Below are positions 1 through 14,606 of a DNA stretch of 64,000 nucleotides, piece by piece. Origin of the DNA: Octopus vulgaris (lineage: Eukaryota). The notes below the pieces were generated by a model. The model did not search any database. It worked only from the letters and a program-made list of their open reading frames with translations, and was not told the origin of the DNA. The position numbers and the translations under genes were made by a program. Where the stretch lies: the NCBI GenBank assembly GCA_951406725.2, contig OX597832.1, positions 28,272,001 to 28,336,000 on the forward strand, given 5' to 3'. Position 1 is the stretch's first letter, and each line of letters starts with the position of its first letter.

Positions 1-197
1 TCACACATTACAAATACAACCTGTAAGTGGAACAATAAAAATACGCAAGACTTTTCTCAAGTTTAAAGTGTGACATTGTTTTTGTTATTTGCATTCTAAC
101 AATGGGGCTTTGCATTTTTGTTAGAAACCAGCTCCTTCCTCTTAGGAAGAATTCAAATAATTAAAAAAGAAGAGAACATACATACATACATACACAC

Positions 198-228
<31 letters not shown>

Positions 229-603
229 CACACACACACACACACATACATACACACAAACATACATACGTACATGTATCCATACATACATGCATACATA
301 CATGTTCACACAGCATGTTTACTCACATGACTCTCTTAAAAAGGTGACAGTGCACACATAAAACTACCAAGAACTCACCCAGATCATCCAGTGATCCAGT
401 GTATATATTGCTGTGTCCACATGATGGAACAGCTGCTGTACAACAGTGTACACAGGGATGTGTTTATACAATGGAACAGCTGATGCTGTGTACACAAAGG
501 GGAGGGTGCAGGGAACAGCTGGGGTCTTTATTAGTGTTTACATCCATGGAGTATATAGTTAACATGTACTCTGTAGCAGACAGTATTTCATTATTCACAT
601 GTG

Positions 604-1015
604 TGGAGGCGCAATGGCCCAGTGGTTAGGGCAGCGGACTTGCGGTCGTAGGATCGCGGTTTCGATTCCCAGACCAGGCGTTGTGAGTGTTTATTGAGCG
701 AAAACACCTAAAGCTCCACGAGGCTCCGGCAGGGGATGGTGGTGATCCCTGCTGTACTCTTTCACCACAACTTTTCTCTCAACGGAGTGCTTCCATCCAT
801 TATTCACATGTAGCGATTTACCTGGAGTTTGACTGTTTTCTCAAGGAGTACGCTGTTTACTTGCTCATCTTCTTTTAATATCCCCGAGAACTACATTAAG
901 GGCACACGTGTCTGTGGAGTGCTCAGCCACTTACACGTTAATTTCACGAGCAGGCTGTTCCGTTGATCGGATCAACCGGAACCCTCATCGTCGTAACCAA
1001 CAGAGTGCTTCCATC
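604..1015 (+). mobile_element. tRNA-derived SINE (family D)
   Basis: A box TGGCCCAGTGG and B box GGTTTCGATTCC; homologous copy at 41059-41361. Confidence 0.75.
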
Positions 1016-1560
1016 CATTATTTACATGTAGCGATTTACCTTGAGTTTGACTGTTTCCTCAAGGAGTATGCTGTTTGCTTCCTCATCATCTTTTAAATGT
1101 CCCCTTTTTCAGCCTGGCATGGCTCAGACGGAATTTACTGCAGCAGACTTCGTACAGCCGGATGCTCTTCCTGTTGCCAACTATCACCTGTTTGCAAGCC
1201 AGGAAATGACTGGATGTGTTTCCGTGGAACATAGGGAACAAAGGACACTGCTTGTATGACGGGGATGCTCGTTTACAACCTTCACATAATGTCAAGACAG
1301 GGAGACACACACCACACACATACACACCCACACAAACATGGTGGGCTTCTTTCAGTTTCCATCTAGCTAATACTGATAAAGCTTTGACATCCTTGAGCTA
1401 TAGTAGAAGACACTTGCCCAAAGGACTATACTGTGGGACTGAACCTACAGACCCCATAGTTGAGAAGTAAGGTTCTTACCTGCACAGGTAAGTCTTCAAT
1501 AGTAATTATTCATGTGGGCAGAGCGTAAATACCAGATAATTGATATACAAATCAAAGTAT

Positions 1561-1789
1561 GGCGGCGAGCTGGCAGAAATGTTAGCACGGCGGACGAAAT
1601 GCTTACCGGTATTTCATCTGTCATTACGTTCTGAGTTCAAATTCCGCCGAGGTCGACTTTGTCTTTCATCCTTTCAAGGTCGATAAATAAAGTACCAGTT
1701 TCACACTGGGGTCGATGTAATCGATTTAATCACTTTGTCTGTCCTTGTTTGTCCCCTCTATGTTTAGCTCCTTGTATGCAGTAAAGAAA
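1561..1789 (+). mobile_element. tRNA-derived SINE (family A; GCCTTTCATCCTTTCGGGGTCGATAAA core)
   Basis: GGCGGCGAGCTGGCAGAA head, GAGTTCAAATTCC B box; more than 15 copies in the window. Confidence 0.85.
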
Positions 1790-2020
1790 TATATAGAAAT
1801 CAAGGCATCTGATGGGGTTTTGTTGTATGTAAACGAAAGTGATGCTGCAGAACTGCAAGCTTGCTCGTATGTTGCTGAAGAGCCGGATGGTTACGAGTAA
1901 GAACAGGAGTGAAATAAACTTTTGCAAAACTCCAAAAAGGTTTGCTCAAAGACAAGACAGTTTCTGGTTTGTGGTCTTTTATACTACCTACCTATCTACG
2001 TGGTCAAATCATATTCTCTC

Positions 2021-2430
2021 CCTTTTACTCTTTTACTTGTTTCAGTCATTTGACTGCGGCCATGCTGGAGCACCGCCTTTAATCGAGCAACTCAACCCCA
2101 GGACTTATTCTTTTGTAAGCCCAGTACTTATTCTATCGGTCTCTTTTACCGAACCGCTAAGTGACGGGGACGTAAACACACCAGCATCGGTTGTCAAGCG
2201 ATGCTAGGGGGACAAACACAGACACACACACACACACGCACACATATATATATATATACATATATACGACAGGCTTCTTTCAGTTTCCGTCTACCAAATC
2301 CACTCACAAGGCTTTTGGTCGGCCCAAGGCTATAGTAGAAGACACTTGCCCAAGGTGCCACGCAGTGGGACTGAACCCAGAACCATGTGGTTGGTAAACA
2401 AGCTACCTACCACACAGCCACTCCTGCGCC
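2021..2430 (-). mobile_element. tRNA-derived SINE (family B) with internal (CA)n(TA)n
   Basis: Minus-strand head GGCGCAGGAGTGGCTGTGTGG...GGGTTCAGTCCC, CORE-like ACCTTGGGCAAGT; 10 or more copies in the window. Confidence 0.85.
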
Positions 2431-3106
2431 ATATTCAGGTAGAAACCTTGAAGGATGCTGTGTAAAGCATGTTCTGAGTTCTTGCTTACCTGCTGTCATC
2501 AACAGTGGAGATTCATGTGCGAGAGGATTTCCTTCAGGAATTCCTTCATGTCCATTCATTTTATTTATGCGGCCTTTTCAAGCCTAGCCATTCCTGGTTC
2601 TATGGTAAAATCTTGTTTCAAAGAGACCGGAATTAAAACCTTCCATCACAATTTCATGTTAACCGTTTATTCTGTTACTTGTTTCCGTCATCTGACTGTG
2701 GCCATGCTGGAGCACCACACTGCCTTTATGTTTCACGTATAAGATTAATAAAGACAAAGTTATTTTTTTATTAAATTCTTCATTATCCTCAAAATTAACC
2801 AAAACAAAAGCAGTTTATTTCAATAGAATTCTGGTAGCGAAAGGGTTAAATTCTCTCTACAACATAGGAATCACATAACGCGTACATGACATAAGTTGCA
2901 GATGGCTTCCCTGAGTACAGTTTATATAGACTTTCAGCAGATATGGGTGGATCTGGTTTGACCATGTTGGTCAATATAGATTCTTTAACTTTTTTGGTGC
3001 CATTTGACATCATCCCTGGTTTTATGATAGAAAATTCTTGTTTCCAAAGGGATCTCAATTAAAACCGTCCATCAAAATTTCCCATTAATTTATGCGACAC
3101 ACAAAT

Positions 3107-3370
3107 CTGCGGCCATGCTGGAGCACCACCTTAAAGGGGTTTTAGTTGAAGAAACTGACCCTTGGACTTATTGTTTGTAAGCCTAGTACTTATTCTATCA
3201 GCCCTCTTTGCTGAACTGCTGAGTTATGGGGATGTAAACACACCAACATTGGTTGTCAAGCGATGGTGGGTGGGACACACACATACACACACACAATCAG
3301 TCTCTTTTGCTGAACTGCTAAGTTACAGGAATGTAAACACACCAACATCGGTTGTCACGCAATGGTGGGT

Positions 3371-3407
<37 letters not shown>

Positions 3408-3414
3408 ATTATAT

Positions 3415-3452
<38 letters not shown>

Positions 3453-3615
3453 GATGGGCTTCCTTCAGTTTCCATCTACCAAATTCACTCACAAGGCTTT
3501 GGTCGGCCTGAAGCTATAGTAAAAGACACTTTCCCAAGGTGCCATGCAGTAGGATTGAACCCACAACCATGTGGTTGGGAAGCAAGCTTCTTACCACGCT
3601 GCCACACCTGCACCT
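3107..3615 (-). mobile_element. Family B SINE with internal duplication
   Basis: Match to the 2021 copy; segment about 3200-3295 is repeated. Confidence 0.8.
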
Positions 3616-5526
3616 ATTAACGACAAAGTTATTTTAATAAATCTTCGTTATTTCCAAAATTAATCCAAATAAGGACAATGTATTTTGAAGGAAATAAAAG
3701 ACTTAATGTGCCCCGCACCCACACCACAAAGAAATGTTGGTGGTGCTCCAGCATGGCCACAGTCCACTGTCTGGATTCAATATGATAAAAAATAACCAAA
3801 TTTATAAAACAAAAAAAAAACAAAAACACAGAGAAATGGACAATTATATTTTAATAAAAAATTTGTAAAACTTTATATATCATTATTATTATTATTTTTT
3901 CATAGACAATATATTTTTATTTATATGTTTTATTAAATTTTTACAAGACATTTTAAACCAGATTTGAAAATGTAAATTTTTTTTCTGGATTTTTATAAAA
4001 CAAAACAAAAAAAAAATCACTATTTACCAACAGATCTTTAAACATTGAGTTTGTTTTATTTTTTAAAATTTTTTAACAAACATTAAAATTGGCAGGAAAA
4101 AAAAAATCAACAAAAAAAATCAATTAGTAAAAAAATATATTTGATCAAAATTGGAAGAATTTCGGTGCCAAATTGAGATGCTTTTTTTTTTTTTTTTTAT
4201 GTAATCTGGCATTATTGAAATTATTATAACGTAATTATTTCATCTTTATTATACGTCTCAATTAATGGATTATCCTCCTCATTATTATTATAAGAATCAT
4301 TATTTTTATTTTATTATTATTATTATTGAAACAGGATTGAAGATTTAGCAAGTCGACCATACACTTTTAGTAGAAATGGAATATTTTATTTTGTAGTTTT
4401 TTCTTTTTTTTACTCTGTATTTGTTTATTAATCACACAAATATTAGGCATGAAGCATTTTGAGGCAAACAGAGTGAAGTGTCTTGCTCAAGGAGTTGGTG
4501 CAGTGCATTGCCAGTAAATAGGCTGTCATTCAATGAATAAATCAGGAAAAAAAAAAAGGGGGCAGGAAATAGTTTGATTAAGTAGTTAGGACGTACATTG
4601 GAGGTGGTTTCACCCAGAGCAAGTTAGCTTTACGGAGCTCCAAGATCATCATGGAAGGCTAATGGAACACTTGGCAATTACACTATGCTGCCACTGCCTA
4701 CCTGTTATTTGTAGCTATTTACAGTTAGTGAACAAACATGATAATCAAAAATGTTTAAAAAATCACTCCTTAAAATCAGAAAAAAAAATCAACAAATTTT
4801 TATATTTTTCCTTTCCGCCAATATCATACAGGGAGCTTCAAAGGAGCAGAATAACTCCAGTTTTAAAAATATTTTTTTTTATATTAAATGTATTTTTATA
4901 TATATATATATTCACAATTATATAAAAAGAAAAAAAAAAGAGCTGAGTATATTCCAAGTTGTTCTTGTAGTCTTAAGCATTTCACTCGTGAATTCTTTGA
5001 GAAAGTTCCATCGGATGAGAAGGATGGCGCTTGGCTGATGTCACTGTCCTTTTAAAGAAGCAGGAATGTAAGATATGTTAACTTTATTGGACATTGTCCC
5101 CTTCAAGAGTGAAATTCCAAGACTAGCAATACCAAATATTTTGAGGGGTGGTAGGGGTAACAAACAAAAGATTTCTACACACTTATAATTCCATCACCAA
5201 CAAGTATTGATGGTTATTGATTGATTGATTGACTGATTGGTTATAATTTCTAATATTGAACAGTATGATTTGGTCAAGACGGTTTGCACCTCTCACTTGC
5301 ATCGTCTTCATATTCCAGCAGAGGAATCATCTCTTTCTTTTCAAGTTTGTTTGTTTGTTTTGTTTGTTGTTGTTGTGGAAGAAAAATTTCAAACATTAAT
5401 TAGAACATCTTGAAAGAAAGAAATGAGTAGGGTTCAGGTAACTGGAATATGATACAAGTGGATCCAAAGACACAGTCTTCAGTGATAATTGATATAGAGT
5501 AGAACTAGACAGACAGAGCTCAACAA

Positions 5527-5669
5527 ATATATACATACATATATATACAACATACATACATATATATACAACATACATACATATATATATATATACATAC
5601 ATATATATATATATACATACATACATACAAATATATATATATATACATACATACATACAAATATATACA

Positions 5670-5705
<36 letters not shown>

Positions 5706-5834
5706 CATACATATATACATACATACATACATACATACAAATATATATATACATACATACATACAAAAATATATATACATACATACATATACATATATAC
5801 ACATACATACACACACATATATATGCATACAGAC

Positions 5835-5867
<33 letters not shown>

Positions 5868-5977
5868 CACATACATACATATATATATATACATACATAC
5901 ATACATATATATACACATACATACATACATATATATACAAACATACATATATATATACATACATACATATACATACA

Positions 5978-6011
<34 letters not shown>

Positions 6012-6146
6012 CATACATACATACACAAACATACATATATACATACATACATACACATACATATATATATATATACATACAAACATACATATATACATAC
6101 ATACAAACATACATACATACATACAAACATATACATACATACATAT
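5527..6146. repeat. Compound (TACA)n/(TA)n microsatellite
   Basis: Directly visible; a similar tract lies at 7123-7585. Confidence 0.95.
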
Positions 6147-7406
6147 AATTTGTTTTATTTGTGCGAGGAATGTGTTACCCCCTCCCACATTTGCAGGGGC
6201 AGGGGCCACTGAATCAAACTATTTTAAGGTCCTTTTTTCATAAATTTGTTCCATTAAGTTCTTTTGATTGTCAAGATTCTTCAGTGTCATTCAATAGTTT
6301 CAACGCAGCCCACCTCTATCAGGAACCACCGCAACCATCAAACGGCTTATGATTTTCAACGATCGTGACCATCACCAGTGAGTATAGCCTCCCCACCTTC
6401 TGTAAATGATCTCCAACGTTGATAATATAAACCGTAAAGAAATAAATCTTACCGCAACGTACTTAAACCGTCTTTGAGTAGATTATTTTATATCTATACT
6501 GAACAATGACCAAAATAATTCCCTCTAATCAAAGAATTCCAAGAATTATGTTTGGATTGCAAAGGCCTGTTGTTGTTCTATCCGTTGTCACACCATTTGT
6601 AATCTTAGCCCCACCCACCCGTCAGCAACCCCTAAAAGAAATGCTTGGTTATGTTTTCATCGATAATGAAGCATGATAACAGAGGGCTATGGGCTTGTCC
6701 ATAACCATAAAATGCAGCAAATATTTTAATAACTGGGTTTGTAATTATGACATACATACGTAATTGCAATTAACAAACATTTAGTTACGATACCCATTTG
6801 TAATTATAGTTAATTACGATATACATATGCAATTGTAATTAAAACAAATAACTAATTATAATATACATATGTAATCGTAATCGATATATATTTGATAATA
6901 ATATGCATATGTAATTTTAATTAGCATAGGCATTTAATTATGTTATACATATGCAATTATAATTGCTATAATTATATCATGTATAATTAATATACGTGTA
7001 ATGTAAAAGAGATTCCAGACCAAAATTGTTCTAATATTTCATTCTTCCCAATCATTAACGATGTTTTGCATGGAATAAATTTTAATTAGCTTTTTCTTTT
7101 AATGATACCATAATGAAATTCGATATATATACATACACATACATATACACATACAAATATATACACATACATATATATATACATACATACATACACACAT
7201 ATATACATACATACATACATACACACATACATATATATACATAGACACATACATATACACATACATATATACATAGACACATACATATACACATACATAT
7301 ATACATAGACACATACATAGACACATATCTATATCTATCTATATATATATATATGTATACACATATATATACGTAGACACATACATATACACATACACAC
7401 ATATAT

Positions 7407-7460
<54 letters not shown>

Positions 7461-7502
7461 ACATATGTATATATATATATGTATACATACTTATATATAT
7501 GT

Positions 7503-7586
<84 letters not shown>

Positions 7587-7834
7587 GCGCTCATGTATGT
7601 GCGTGTGAGTATTAGGTTATATGTATTAAAAAATATACTGAATGCAATTGAGAGAAAAAAAAAATGGTTACAAATTGGATGGAATTAGTTGAAGACATGA
7701 GCAAAACTGAAAAATATTAGTATTGGAATAAAACCATTATTTTGTTTTTCCTTTCTGTTCCTTTCAAGTAAACAGTTTCGGTTTTTGCATTGAAAACTCA
7801 AAGAAATCTCAGCAACATCTTCCATATTTTACTC

Positions 7835-8008
7835 TCATTCTTCTTTCAAACCAATGGAACCAGTTCGGCGCTTCTCACGCTTCTCATCCTGGAATTTCAA
7901 GAGAGCTTGTTTCGTCAAGTAGCTCTCTCTCAACATTTGGATTTTCACAATGTACGGTACGTCTGGAATCAAGGCTGCCACGAGCCAAGATAATAGCATG
8001 ACCACATT
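7835..8008 (-). CDS. ANO: Anoctamin terminal coding exon: [57 protein letters not shown]
   Basis: 174 nt from the gcag acceptor to TGA; IPDVP and Q..RE.YL motifs. Confidence 0.96.
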   Translation of the reverse strand, partial: NVVMLLSWLVAALIPDVPYIVKIQMLRESYLTKQALLKFQDEKREKRRTGSIGLKEE

Positions 8009-10644
8009 CTGCAAAACAGAAATAAAAAGAGACGGATTAATTATAAAAGAATTCTTAAATAGTTACAAAAAAAAAGCAATATGTTTCTCCATGTGCGTGT
8101 GTGTATGCGTGCGTGTGTGTGTGAGTGAGTGTGTGTGTGTGTGTTTGCCTCCAGTGCCAAGAAGTACTGTCACCCAAACCAGATTGAATGTCCATCCAAA
8201 ATGCCCTGCTCAATTGTTTTTCTGACCAGGTGGACTAAGGTCAATAAGTGACTGTACGATGCTAGAAAATATTGATCTTTTGACCAGTTGACCATCACAG
8301 TATGGACTTAACGAAACCAGTGCTATAAGAAAAAAAACTATCTCATTGGTTTAGTGATACTCAGAGGAGCAGAATTCAGAAAACGGAGAGAAAGAGTATT
8401 TTCATCAGCTTTTGTGATGTTGCTGGGGTTTGTCTGGGTTTGGTGGAGGACTGACCCTGGAATAATAGCTGTTGCCTGGGCATAAATTTCCATCTGATTA
8501 GTGGTAGGGGTGGTGGTGATGGTTATGTTGTTGATGGTGGACGTTGTGGTGATGGTGGTGGTGGTGTTGGTGGTGGTGGTGATGGTGGTGGTGGTGATGG
8601 TGGTGGTGGTGATGGTGGTGGTGGTGATGGTGGTGATGGTGGTGGTGTTGGTGATAGTGGTGGTGGTGATAGTGGTGGTGGTGGTGGTGGTGATGGTGGA
8701 GGTGGTGGTGGTGGTGGTGGGGAGGATAGTAGTGGTGATGGTGGTGGTGGTGATAATGATGGTGATGGTGATGGTGGTGGTGGTAGTGGTGGTGGTGGTG
8801 ATAATGATGGTGATGGTTATGTTGTTGATGGTGGAAGTTGTGGTGATGGTGGTAGTGTTGGTGTTGGTGGTGAGGGTGGTGGTGGTGGTGGTGGTGGTGG
8901 TGGTGCAGTAATGTTTTGGTAAACTCAGCTCGTGTCAGACCCCATGTCAGCTTCATGGTCATAACTGGAATTTGAACCTTTAAACTTGTATTTGCTTGGT
9001 CTCAGGGATGCTGTGGGGGCTAAACTACAATCATTTTCAATAAACAGTCTTACCTGGAATATTATAACGAAGGCCAAACGAATCGTAAGGATGTGCCAGT
9101 AGGTGGAAGTGTGTTTATACTTGTCCGGAGAATCAGGTGGATATCGGAAATCTTTGTATCTGGAATTGAAGACATAAATAGTTAAGGCCTGGCTGGAATA
9201 AAACAAAAAAAAATGCACACCCTCCCTGGCACCTGTAGGAAATTCAACCTTGGTCTTCTGTGAGGCAGGTGAGAGAATATTTAACAATGTTCTACCTTTG
9301 TTGCTATTTTATGCTCATTTATTCATATTGACAAACCTGAGACAATGAAGTCTGAGAAACAGTCTTTACACCTGGATGCTTAATCATTGGTTAATACATC
9401 TGAGGTGGTATACCAGAGAGAACTGGTTTTACCCCTGGATTTTTACACCTGAATATTGACTGTTATCACACCTGAGATGGTATGCCTGAGAGAACTAGTT
9501 TTACACCTGGATAACCTATTGACTGTTATCACACCTGAGATGGTATACCTGAGAGATCTAGTTTTACACCTGGATGACCTACTGACTAATTCTAAAGGGT
9601 CGAAACAAACCTGAGCAATGCCGGGTGATACTGCTAGTCTTTAAAAAAAATTGGTGAGGTTCAGTGCATATTTGGACCCTAATAAAATCTCTTCTGTTTT
9701 CTGGAATTTTTTTTTATCATTTAGGGACAACACTTATTCTGTTACAATGTATAAACCTGTTACTCCAAGAACGTCCCCTTTAGAAGGGGGACACAGTTCT
9801 CCCTCCCTCCCTCCCCTCTATATCAGTTCATAAAAAAAACCCCAACTTACCGACATTCTGTGACGTTTGACTCAAAAGTTGGTTTGCTTCGTGGTTGGAA
9901 GTCGGTTACGTTGAAGTAAGACAAACTGAATTCCACGTAACCCTCAAGGGTGTGGTTGGGGCTTATCACGTGCTTGTACAACATCTTGGGGATGAAGTCA
10001 GATGTGAAGGCTATGATTAATGCCTGCAAAGGGAAGAGAACGTTATTGTTTATTTCACATGGCATTGCGTTAGGATGAACAGACATATATGAGTGGGGCA
10101 GACACAGGTGAGTGGCACGGGGTGCATGGGATGGGACAGGGTGTGTGGGATGGCATGGGGTGTGTGGGATGGCACAGGGTGTGTGGAATGGCACAGGGTG
10201 TGTGGGATGGCACAAGGTGTGTGGGACGGCATAGGGTGCGTGGGATGGCGCGGGGTGTGTGGGATGGCGCGGGGTGTGTGGAATGGAGCGGGGTGTGTGG
10301 GATGGCGCGGGGTGTGTGGGATGGCACAGGGTGTGTGGAATGGCACGAGGTGTGTGGGATAGCACAAGGTGCGTGGAATGGCACGGGGTGTGTGGGATGG
10401 CATAGGGTGTGTGACATGGCACAGGGTGTGTTGCGCAGACATGGTTCTGTGGTACAGAAATGGCTAAGTGGCACAGGGTGAATAGCACAGAGTTAGTGGC
10501 ACAGTGTGTTGGCTGCAGGGTGTGTGGCACAGGGTGAGTGCACATAAGTGCAGGCATGAAATTTGCTTAGGGAGTGCACACCCAGATCCAAAAGTTTTAG
10601 AAACAATGTCAAGTTTTTTCAGTTTTAATATCAAAACACACAAA

Positions 10645-10693
<49 letters not shown>

Positions 10694-13600
10694 TATCATC
10701 ATCATTATTATTATTATTATTATTATTAGATTCTTAGAAATTGTTATTGTCATATTTGTGAATCAATGAAATCAGATAACCCTAATAACGGAAAAGTAAT
10801 GTTTCAAATCTTTCCAAAATTGTTTCTACATTAGTTTGGTTTGGTGATGAAGTTTTTTCAGGTTGATGTTCAAAGTGTTTTCACTGACCCAGCTCCCGAA
10901 ATAAATTTAAGGGGTGCATTTGTACCCTCTGTTCCCCCGAGCCAATGTGAGTGCTGCAGACACAGATGTATGGTGGAGACACCATTTTAATGTCGGTGAC
11001 AAAAGGATGGTTCTTAATAATGGTATTCGAAAAAGTGTGTGTGTGTGAGTTAGATTATGAGCAAGAAAGAGTCTCTCTCTCTCTCATACACACACAAACA
11101 CACACACACATAAATAAATGAAATATACTCACGTTTGTGATGACTGATATTATACAAATTCCTTTCAGAATTCCAAACCAGATACCTATAAATCAACAAG
11201 AACAACATTAGCCAAATTTTGATAGACACTCAAAGACTGGTTCTGTAGAGAATAATGGAGCACCATCCAATTCAATTTGTGCTTTGTGGCACTTAATATC
11301 TGCTCTTCAAACCTTTCTGATGCTCACACAGTCTGAAAGTACCTGTTATACACTAAGGTTGATATAACAAAGCACAGTTCCTTCTCACCAAGTTTCTAAG
11401 ATTATCATCATCATCATCATTATTATTAATGAGGTGGCAAGCTAGCAGAGTCATTAGAAAGATAAATTGCTTAGATGGCATTGTGTCCAGCTTTACGTTC
11501 TCAGTTCAAATTCTGCTGAGGTTGGCTTTGTTTTTTCATCCATCCTGGGTCAATAAAATAAGTACCAGTTGAAAACTAGGGGTCAATATAATTGACTTTT
11601 ACTTTCCCCAGAAATTGCTGGCCTTGTACCAAAATTTGAAATTATTATTATTATTATTGTTATTATTAAGGTGGTGAGCTGGCAGAATCGTTAGCATGCT
11701 GGGCGAAATGGTAAGCACGATTTCATCTGTCTTTACATTCTGAGTTCAAACTCTGTTCAGGTTGAATTGCCTTTCATCCTTTCGGGGCTGGTGAAATAAG
11801 TACCATTCGAGCACAAGTTGATTTAATTGATTATCCCCCTCCCCTCAAAAGTTTCAGACCTTGTGTCTGTAGAAAGATTATGATTATTATTATTATTAAG
11901 AAGAAACAACTGACTATTGAAATATATGTTACCCACATAGCACCAGGCTCCACCCACCAATCTCATCTAGTTATGACCAGATGCTAGCCATCAGTCTCGC
12001 CTAACTAGCATCGGGCTCCACCTACCAAACTAATATAAGTAGTACCAGACCCCACCCACCAATCTCATCACCAGATTCCACCCATCAATCTCAACTAGAT
12101 AGCATCAGGCTCCACCCACCTATCTCACCTAGATAACACCAGGCTCCACCCACCTATCTCACCTAGATAACATCAGGCTCCACCCACCTATCTTACCTAG
12201 ATAGCCTCAGACTCCCACCCACTTATCACCTAGGTAGCATCAGGTTCCATCCACATGCCTCACCTAGATAGCATCAGGATCCACCCACCAATCTCACCAA
12301 GTTAACATCAGGCTCCACCCACCAATCTCATCTATCTAACACCAGATTCCACCCACCAATCTCACCTAGATAGCATCAGGCTCCACCCACCAATCTTATC
12401 TGCCTAACACTAGCTTCCTTTACCAATCCCATTCAGCTCACAGCGTCTCTACTAATGAAACCTACCCAGCTAACACTGGGATCCACCCTCAATCTTATCC
12501 ACCACCTAACATCTCTAATAGAGTCAGATTAAGATTAGATCTTAGATCCTCGTATTTGCAACAGTTGTAAGATTAGAATTGGTGCCACTTTACCAATGTC
12601 TTGAGCTCTCGATGCTAATGGTCGACGGAACTGGGTGACGTATTTGTAGGCATCAAGACGAACTTCGAGAATGTTGTTTAGCAGAGCAAAGACCGGAGCC
12701 AACGGGAATGCTGCCACGAAAATGGACACAAAACCAAACTGTATCACTGCAAGAAATGGAAATAAAAAATATTATGTAGATAGGCTGCTGAAGAAGGGAT
12801 CATGGGAGCATAATGAAACACTTTGGTATTAGCAAATCAACGAGTTAATTAATTAATTAATTAATTAATAAAATAGAGAATAATTACCACAATGAGTTAA
12901 TGAATTTAATTAGTGAAAAATCTGCATGTTCCACAGAATAATTATAATCCGTTTCAACATTCAGTTTTTGGTGAAAGCTCTTTAAACACTTTTCATATGA
13001 GCATTGTATACAATAGGGTTGTTGGTATACCCTTTTACTTGTTTCAATCATTTGACTGTGGCCATGCTGGAGCACTGCCTTTAGTCGAGCAAATCGAGCC
13101 CAGGACTTATTCTTTGTAAGCCTAGTACTTATTCTATCGGTCTCTTTTGCTGAACTGCTAAATTACAGGCATGTAAACACACCAGCATCGGTTGTCAAGC
13201 GATGTTGGGGGGACAAACACAGACACACAAACATACATATATATACATATATACAACGGGCTTCTTTCAGTTTCCGTCTACCAAATCCACTCACAAGGCT
13301 TTGGTTGGCCCGAGGTTATAGTAGAAGACACTTGCCCAAGGTGCCATGCAATGGGACTGAACCCGGAACCATGTGGTTGGTAAGCAAGCTACTTACCACA
13401 TAGCCACTCCTACGTCTCCTAAACCTTATTATTATTATTATTATTACCATCATCATCATTATTAATATACAATATGCCAATGGTTGAAGTGAAAGAAGTC
13501 GAAATAGACTGTGTTGGGCAAAGATGTTGGCTGTGAATGAAGTCAGAGGAAGCTGAAATGTGTGACCTGCTAGAAATAGCAGCCAACATTTCATAAGGAA

Positions 13601-14431
13601 CATTACACGAGATCATGTAGTTCTAAATATATCGAAAAGACGGAATAGTCGCGACTGGAATCCATTTGATCAGGTCTGAGTTGTCCTGTGGCTAAACAAT
13701 AACATGACCATTTCAAACCAATGTGAGGAGTGCTTGACCTACCAGAAATAACAGCTAATATCACAGGTAAAACCCTGCTATTCTAAATAGATTAACGTTT
13801 AGATAATACATCCATTGATGCACAATGTTTGAATAACTGTCTGGAGAGTCACGTCTGGAATACTACTGAACATTGATTTGCTGGCTATAGGTTTATCCAG
13901 AGAATAAAGCAACATGGTCGGAAGATCAGTTTCTTATAACTGTTGGATAGAGAACTAGTTCTCCCATATAGTAACACTACAACAAAAAAATCCCAGACTG
14001 CGATACGAACCCGCAACCTCTGGGTTGCTAGAGTCGTTTTGTTTATAAACTTTAACGTTCACCAGAGACCAGTAATCCATTCAGCGATGAACATAACGCA
14101 AGGGAGACAAATCTATACTACAATATGCGTATGTATAATGGCTGTTATAGTTATCTCCCTTATATTACATGGGTAAATCTTTCTGCGAATGTGTTTGAGC
14201 GAACATACAGCTGAGAGTATAGAGCTGTGTGTGTGTGTGTGTATGCGTGTGCGTGTGTGTGTGTGTGTGTGGGTGCGTGGGTGTGTGCGTGTGTGTGTGT
14301 GGGTGCGTGTGTGTATATATATATGTGTGCATGTGTGTGTGTATATATATATGTGTGTGTGTGTGCCTGTGTGTGTGTGTGTGTGTATATGTATATGTGT
14401 GCGTGTGTGTGTGTATATATGTGTGTGTGTG

Positions 14432-14473
<42 letters not shown>

Positions 14474-14559
14474 TGTGTATACATGTGTGTGTGTGTGTGC
14501 GTGTGTGCGTGTGTGTGTGTGAGTGTATGTGTGTGTGTATACATGTGTGTGTGTGTGTG

Positions 14560-14606
<47 letters not shown>

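Noticed and set aside
604-680. tRNA gene
   Set aside because: A/B boxes are present, but no full cloverleaf is evident and the sequence continues into a multi-copy SINE body
2191-3620. Recurrent ORFs such as ...[16 protein letters not shown]
   Set aside because: Antisense translations of the family B SINE head, repeated at every copy
4980-5075. Coding-looking + strand stretch ending in a gtaaga donor
   Set aside because: In-frame stop, no partner exons; probably 3' UTR or intergenic sequence
5396-7688. Long ORFs rich in [12 protein letters not shown]
   Set aside because: Translations of (TACA)n/(TA)n microsatellites that happen to lack stops
8498-8962. Poly-His and poly-Val ORFs
   Set aside because: (GGT)n tract inside the last anoctamin intron
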